Source: Octopus vulgaris
Lineage: Eukaryota
Assembly (NCBI GenBank): GCA_951406725.2
Contig: OX597814.1
Coordinates: 100,440,001 to 100,504,000 of the forward strand
DNA length: 64,000 bases
Reading direction: 5' to 3'
The notes beneath the pieces are model-generated. The model did no database searches. It was not told where the DNA came from and saw only the letters and a program-made list of their open reading frames with translations. A program made the position numbers and the translations under genes. Of this stretch, positions 56,801-64,000 are shown piece after piece; the stretch's first letter is position 1, and every line of letters starts with the position of its first letter.

Positions 56801-57173
56801 CTTCTAATTATAGAACTGATTTAAAAAAATAAGCGTTTGCGGCTCTAGCTCTTGGTTTAAGTAATAAAGTACATATAAATGCTTTCAGCGCCAACTTACG
56901 AACCACAAGTGGTATCCACAGAATTATTTGTGTTCAGTAGTACTATATTTTTAAGGAAATGTAATACTACCAAATACAGCTAACTTCAGCTAGTTTAGCT
57001 TAAAATAGATAGATCATAAAACAAGACATATAATTTAATTATTATGGTATCGTTTTCTGCAATATAGTTATAAACAAAAATTTACGTTAATTTTTTACCT
57101 AGAGGCGTGCGTGCCATTGTTAATTGGTCCGCGTGCCTCACACGGCACGCGTGCTGTAGATTGCCGACGCCTG
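53847..57173 (-). mobile_element. hAT transposon (Charlie/SPIN-like) remnant with a decayed transposase
   Basis: ORF 54157-54711 ends in FGSTYTRDQIFS (hAT dimerisation motif); DGARSMVG and WLFKLMFLTDI fragments; terminus rc CAGGCGTCGGCAATCT...GCACGCGTGCC. Confidence 0.85.
55508..55921 (-). mobile_element. Young full-length SINE family A inside the hAT transposase
   Basis: Best-preserved family A copy; it interrupts hAT coding remnants. Confidence 0.92.
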
Positions 57174-57284
57174 AACTAACCCAACTTTTCAGATGTATTA
57201 GTCATGCGACTAAGTCAGGAATCATTCAAAAAGTTGTTTCTTCTGAGAACTTTGCAATTTGTTTATCAATAAAAGTCTAGCTCT

Positions 57285-57480
57285 AAGGTGGTGAATTGGC
57301 AGAACCGTTAACACGCCTGACAGAATGCTTAGCAGCATCTGGCCCGTATTTCCGTTCTGAGTTCAAAATCCGCCGAGGTCAACTTTCATCCTTTCGAGTT
57401 CGATAAATTAAGAGCAAGTTAAGCACGGGTGTCTGTCTAATCGACTTATTCGCTCCTCCAAATGTTCTGGCCTTGTGCCA
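57285..57480 (+). mobile_element. SINE family B, older copy
   Basis: ggtggtgaattggcagaaccgttaacacgcc...ttctgagttcaaaatccgccgaggtc. Other old copies near 3285, 16715, 19230, 19865, 39065, 42264 and 53690. Confidence 0.8.
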
Positions 57481-58724
57481 AACTTTAAAACCAGTACAAG
57501 TTTAAATTGAACTTGGTGAATATTCTAGGCCTTGGAAATACAGGAGCTCGTTCTTCTTCGATATTTAATCAATGTAGGATAACAGGGAATTTTCATTAAG
57601 TTTACAGTGCTGCCATTGATGGAGCCGTAAGACATTCTACCTACTCCATGTGAATTGCTTTATGACAAACCAGAGATTTGTGTCTTGAAATATGATAGGA
57701 AATATTTTGTTGAACATACAACTAATTCGGTCGTCTGCAGTACTCAAATGCACACTTTCGGATACACCTGCTAACACATACATTAGACACAATACCACAT
57801 ACATTCATAGTCACAATTCCGTTGAAATGAAATACAGTTATTATAAATTGCTGTTTGTTTCTTTTTTTCCACTCTCTTCACACTCATATTAGTTTTTGTG
57901 TGTGTATGTATATGTAAATTTGTGTAACACACAAATATAATAGTTTGTGTGTGTGTGATTTACATGATGTTCTTACATTCTGTTTATACGTTCTTAGTAC
58001 TACTTTTTTCCCATTATTTTCTTTAGATGATATTTCTTCTTTAGCGACTACAGAATTGAGACTGAATTTATTCAAGTGTAATTTCCAAGTTACAGCTGTT
58101 TTTCCGGTTAAAATTCATTTGGATTCCAATTTATCTAACATATTCGCTCCCGAGCAGCCCTCAGTGTTTTTTCTTCACACTTATTCAAGTTTTATCTGAA
58201 CTTGCTATTGAATTTATCAAATGTTTTACCAGCCAAGCTGAAGAACACTATTTTCCATGTGAGATGAAATGAAAGGCGAATCAAGTAGAAACTAGACTCG
58301 GATGGAAGCTAAGGGTGGTGTTTAGTTGCTTTGGGTATTTTATGGGACAGTGGGTGTAGGGATGGTTATGAATATGGTGATTTTGTTGGTGAATGCGATT
58401 GTTAATGATGGCTATGGTAGTGACGGTCCATAGTGGAATGTTTATAAGTGTCGGTGTACGATTGAAGCTATATTTTACAGTCTTCGTTTATAAAATTGAA
58501 ACACAAATTTCCAAACTCACCATCTACGCTTACATGTGGCTTTATAGAAAACAAAAGTACACAGTCATGCAAACGCACGCATATATTATACACAAGCCTT
58601 TGTATGTGTATTTTTGTATGTATGCATGCATCTATTTCTCTTTGTTTGTCTGTCTTTCTTTCTCACGTTTTACACACACACACTCATATATACATAAATA
58701 AATATGTGTGTGTGTATATATATG

Positions 58725-58797
<73 letters not shown>

Positions 58798-59029
58798 CAA
58801 TGCAATTACCGGTCTGTCGGATGCAGCTGTACACCGTTGGTCACAATGCACTTCCTCACATTGTTGTAGCTTTGAAATTGTACCAGTCCGTCGCAGGTTT
58901 ATCCATTTTCATCTTATTGGTCTGGAGTAACGTGAAATTGTTGCTCAAGAGTATAATGCCAGACTGAGAATCGAAAACCGGTTTCCTAAATCACTAGGTC
59001 ACACGCCTTCATAAGCACGCACACTCACA

Positions 59030-59091
<62 letters not shown>

Positions 59092-59289
59092 AAAAAGTAT
59101 GGGATAAAGAGAGATTCAAACCAGATACTTTATGAGACCAAAATATATTTATATATATATATGTATGTGTGTGTGAATATATATATAATACATACAGGCA
59201 TTTATATTTTATATTTATGTGTTGTATATATAGTATGCGAGTGTGTTTATGTGTTTCTCTGTGTGTATGCATTATTGCACGAGGGTGTA

Positions 59290-59540
59290 CGCTTCTTGAT
59301 GTCGAAGGTCGGTAAACTTTGATAAACAATGTCAGAAAGAAATCTACAACTAATTCACCGAAATGATTGCTTAGTCTTCCGGATAACTTGTTAAAGCTGA
59401 TGAAGGCGGCGTTATATATTAATGTTAAGGGTGACGTTATTTGGCGATGATAGTAACGGTGTTGTTTTGTAGCGAGAAGTATGGTGTTTTGTTTATTGTA
59501 GAGGCAGTGCATGATATTCAGAACACACGACAAGAGAAAC
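59290..59540 (-). pseudogene. Possible second decayed PLE GIY-YIG fragment
   Basis: YYHRQITSPLTLIYNAAFISFNK...LSNHFGEL loosely resembles YIG.T...K.RYN.H..SF...LS.HIW.L. Confidence 0.3.
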
Positions 59541-60189
59541 GAAAATATATATTTTTTAAAAATGAACCGTAAGATTTAGAGAATTAAAAACGGCTTATTG
59601 TTTACCAAAATAATAGCTTTTGAACAAAAACACTCTTAGCAGTGAGTCTTTGAGCAGCTATGGATATGTATTGTCATTCTCCTACAGAACTTTAATGAAT
59701 TTGTTTTGACAAGTATCATATTTGTCGACCGTTCATCGAAGGTCAGACATTAAATAAAATTTAGTTACAATGGGTAGATTTTTCTCATATTAGGTGAATT
59801 AGTCGATGGCCTGATTAAAAAATAGGCATATACATACTACACAACTTTTATCAAAAACCCATAGCAGTTAAAATAGTTTAAAAGAATTAAAGTCTTTCTT
59901 TAAACCTTTCTATTGAGAAACTCCAAATACATTTGAATATACCTTGTCATGACATGGTAGCACATATGAGGTCAAATACTTTCCCATCTTTTTCCTACGA
60001 AATTGCCTTATAGCAATTACAACTTAAATCAAACATAAACGAGAATTTAGCTAGCGTGTGTAATTTTTTGTTCAAATTACATTCAAATAGCTGTTCCAAG
60101 CACCTACGAAATACCCATCGCATCACGCCGGTGCATTCGCAAAGGTTTATTCTGTCACTGTTTTTTTTGCTCTGTTAGTAGTCGACATA

Positions 60190-60930
60190 ATTATGACGCA
60201 GTGCATGATTAACCTGGTCGCTTTAATATTAGCGGGACACACTAGACTGATGGATCTTGATTTTGCAGACAATATCTTTCTACCCCTAAAATTATGCAAG
60301 AGATATCAGTTTTCTTCGTCTTATAAGATCAGCCCCCAACATGGCCACATATCAGTTGCCAAGTTTCACCAAAATCCATTAAGTTTGTCAATTCTTTTAT
60401 ATACGAAGTTAATAACATTGGCAGAAATGGAAAAGCAGAAATTGATGTGAATACTAGACTTGTGAAAGCGGTGACAGTTTTCCAGGGTGTGAGACAGTTA
60501 TGGTAATGCTCTTCCATTCATCAAAAGATTAAACTTTGACTGTATGCACCTAATTTCATTCCTACAGCATTGAAATTCAGACAGACAGAGTTTGCAATTT
60601 GGAGATTGATTTTCATACCCAGTGCCTTAGAAATGAGGTCACCTGCTGTGACCATATCACAAACGACGAAATCACGAGAAGAGCTAGCCCAAGTAAAAAC
60701 TGCAAAATATTTTCAACGATAGACGAAGAAAACTGATATTGCGCTTACCATTCAAGAGACAGGTGAAGGCACGTGTCGAGCGGACAGTTAAACGAAGTCG
60801 AGAAAGCCAGGCAGATGAACATGTATTAAAGGATTATGCGTGAAGACTTGACCGAGATCAATATCACTTGAGAAGAAGTGTGCAGTTTGGCTCAAAATGG
60901 TATCGCCTGGAGAACTTTCATCACCCGATA
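60190..60930 (+). mobile_element. Decayed RTE-like LINE RT 3' fragment
   Basis: RLMDLDFADNI matches the LDFADD RT catalytic motif, followed by frameshifted sequence. Confidence 0.65.
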
Positions 60931-61662
60931 AAAGTTTTCGGAGCATAACGTAATAAAATCCCAGCTGTAGCAACGACTTTAATTCAAGGTTTCTACGTTC
61001 GTCCCTATTATCAAGTTATATAATATTATGTGTATCTGTGCGGCTTTTTCTATATTATCCTACTTGGTATATTGAAATATTTTAAATCCTTCCTTTACTC
61101 AGATTTAACACAAAAATATTCTCCATATTCTTTAGAAATGTAATATTTCAAAATAAGAATGTCACTGATAGGACATCTGTTTCTTTTTTATGCTAGTGAA
61201 ATAAATGCTGTCTCCTGCATATGATATGAATACCCCATTTCTGTAAAGCTGCTAATATATTTTCATGACATTGAACACTAGTTCTGAATATTGCCATAGT
61301 ATTTTGTAAACACTGCATGAGATTGTGAATACATTAAATATAACTGAGATTCATTAAACCCAAATTAATTATATTTAATTGAAAATACTGGTAATTGTGA
61401 TTATATTTTTAAGAAAAGCTTAGTTTACTAAATCTCGTACAAATTTGACTGCATTATGTATGGGGCTATCGTTTCAAACCTTAGAGCAATCTCATAACTG
61501 ATATAAAATCCGGATCAAACAAATGAAGAATTATAAAACAATTTTATGCCCGACGTTTTGTATAAATATTCTATCGTTGTTGTTCAATAATTAATTGGTT
61601 ATCTTTCTACAATACCTTCTGCAATGTTTAATTACCGCAAAATAAAAAGTATCTTTGTCTGA

Positions 61663-61745
61663 GTATTTGGTGAAGAAATGTGAGATTTCAGGATCATCTA
61701 CTTCAGTAGATGATCCTGAAATCCCATTATCCTTTCACCAAGTAT
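61663..61745. other. Long hairpin with a 19-bp perfect core
   Basis: GATTTCAGGATCATCTACT-TC-AGTAGATGATCCTGAAATC (61684-61723), extended by GTATTTGGTGAA/TTCACCAAGTAT. Confidence 0.9.
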
Positions 61746-61970
61746 CTGATATCTATCAGATTTTTATTCAGCAATAATAAATATTTTTTCTTGTATACTT
61801 TTAAAAAGGAAAAGTCAAGAAACAGTTTTTCTTTTCTCTAAATTTCGGCAGATGCGATAGCAAAGGCATGTTCTGCCATTGAAACAGGGTTCTTTAACTG
61901 GTTGACGCGGTAGATATGAAAATATCAGTTTAATAACTTCAAATCTTCTAGCTTGGAAGAACATTCTTAC

Positions 61971-62003
<33 letters not shown>

Positions 62004-62509
62004 CTTTTTTCACAGTCTGTCTACATTCCTCTCTCCTTTCCAATCTGTTTTTCTCTCTTTTTAGCACTGGACTTTGCCTTTATCAGTGGATTCAAGGGTT
62101 CACTTTTATGTGGAAAAGAAGAAAGGCGAGAAGGGAAATCAATAGCGACTTCGAAGGCATAAGGTAAGTAGATGAATTGTATGAATAGAGAGGTATTATC
62201 AACATATCGTGGTATTGCTTCTTTCTGTGTTGTCATTACAGCTGAAAAGCAAATATTTCGAAAACAAAAAAAAGACAACAACTCTACAACACATTTTACA
62301 AGAGCGGCGAAATGAGAAAATAAGCATCACATAAATGATAATTTTAGAATTGTAGGGCATGATTCTAAGCATAATAAACGTGGTGTTTGCAGAAGAGAAT
62401 GCCAAATAGTGAAATTCTCCGTTGAAGTGTGGCTATAATACCTTAATTTTAAACAGGACATTTCGTTGCACGCATACAAATAAACAGATTCTATATTCAG
62501 GAAACATTG

Positions 62510-62760
62510 TGTTACGGGTGTTCGGTGCGTTGTGTCCCTCTGCAAAATACTTTATTTCACGTTGCTCTAGTCCACCCAGCTGGCAAAATTGAATACTATT
62601 TTTATTGTCTGTGGCCAGTTGCCACACAACTGTCACGCTGAAACTTGAGTGCTTTAAATTTATATATCTGTCTCAGCCATTGCACGTAATTTCACAAAGC
62701 AGGCTGTTCCGTTGATCGGATCAACTGGAACTCTTATCGTTGTGACCGACGGAATGCCCA
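62510..62760 (+). mobile_element. SINE family D, degenerate
   Basis: Homologous to 52677-52998, including the tail 'gcaggctgttccgttgatcggatcaactgg'. Confidence 0.8.
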
Positions 62761-63493
62761 CTATTCTAATGACAATATAGCAAATTGGACCTAGTCAAAA
62801 AGCACTATTTTTTCTATCTAGACATCTCCCGTGCATATAACTTGTGTAAAAAAAGCCTGTTTTTCTTATACAATCTGGAAGAAATTCATAATCTCCATTT
62901 AATAGTTTCCTCCGGAGATTTCCTTCAAGTGCGGTGTAAAAGAAATTAGATTAGTATTGTTAGTGCTGTTTTTATTTTTCTGTAAAAGAGAGGAAGAAAC
63001 AGATAACCCTCTAATTACAGGAAACTGTCCTACTATGCTTATACATTAACAGCAGATTAATTTATTTCTTAATTACACGGAGGTTATTCTAGAAGAAATG
63101 AAAGACAAATGGTTTCGTAATTGAAAAGTTATTTGCCGAGTTACCACCACGATTTTGTTAAATGTTATATGATATGAATGTAATTAAAAAAGACATCAGA
63201 AATGTTATGTAAATATAGACAGAAATTCTTATGGCGTGGCGAGTTAATAAGTAAGAAACATAGTCATAAATATAATTATTTATGAGTTTAATATGCTGCA
63301 ATATATTTTCTGTTAAGTTAGACGTCCACTGAGAAAGAATTATGAACTCACATATTATTCTATTGTAACTAAGTTTACGATGTTTGCATCACTATCATTA
63401 AGATACAAGCCTATCTATCTATGTCTCTACCTCTTGCTGGGTGCGTGTACGCACACAACCGCACACAGTCAGACAAGCAGACACACACACTCA

Positions 63494-63563
<70 letters not shown>

Positions 63564-64000
63564 ATGTTTGCGTGTGTGTATGTGGTAAAGAATACTTCAT
63601 TCCTCTAGACACAGCAATTTTGCTGTACATTTTATACACACACACACACACACGCCCAAATACATATATGCAACGAAATTACTGTTTATTTGAGTGAAAT
63701 ACTGGTTTCTGATTCTTTATTGTTAAGATAAAGTGGACTTCTAAAATATCTCCCAAATTGGCTGCAGATTAATGGGAAATCGCAAACCGTGTAGACATAC
63801 GTGTATGTCTGAAAATTAGGAGAGAGATCTGAAAATGAAGAATTATAAATAAAAAGAGGCCCTGGCGGGTAAAATAGAGTGAAAACTTGAGTTAATATCA
63901 ACATTGAAAGATAAAAAATGGCATTATTTAAATACGAAAGAGTAGGAGTGAGGGAGTAGAAAGAAAACTTCTATTCAAACTTGTTATTACCTTGATTCTG

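Overview
AT-rich, microsatellite-dense eukaryotic non-coding DNA. The SINE families and (TA)n/(TG)n/(TAT)n content suggest an octopus (cephalopod) genome; this is inferred from repeat content. No intact protein-coding gene is supported, and nearly all listed ORFs are microsatellite or SINE artefacts. The window is a graveyard of several tRNA-headed SINE families (called A-D here), two Tc1/mariner-superfamily remnants, a hAT (Charlie/SPIN-like) remnant, a Chapaev3-like remnant, a non-autonomous Helitron, RTE-like LINE fragments, Penelope-like (PLE) fragments and foldback elements. The standout is a near-perfect head-to-tail array of a 533-bp non-coding unit (962-2489, about 2.9 copies). Each unit carries a type I hammerhead ribozyme (CUGACGA...GAAA...GUC) with an unusually long stem II and a palindromic stem III, which makes it a retrozyme-like locus predicted to give a 533-nt self-cleaved, possibly circular RNA. 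Further degenerate hammerheads sit in PLE-like islands inside (TA)n tracts, and a decayed PLE RT/GIY-YIG frame is also present. All structures were read by eye, and coordinates of degenerate repeats are approximate.
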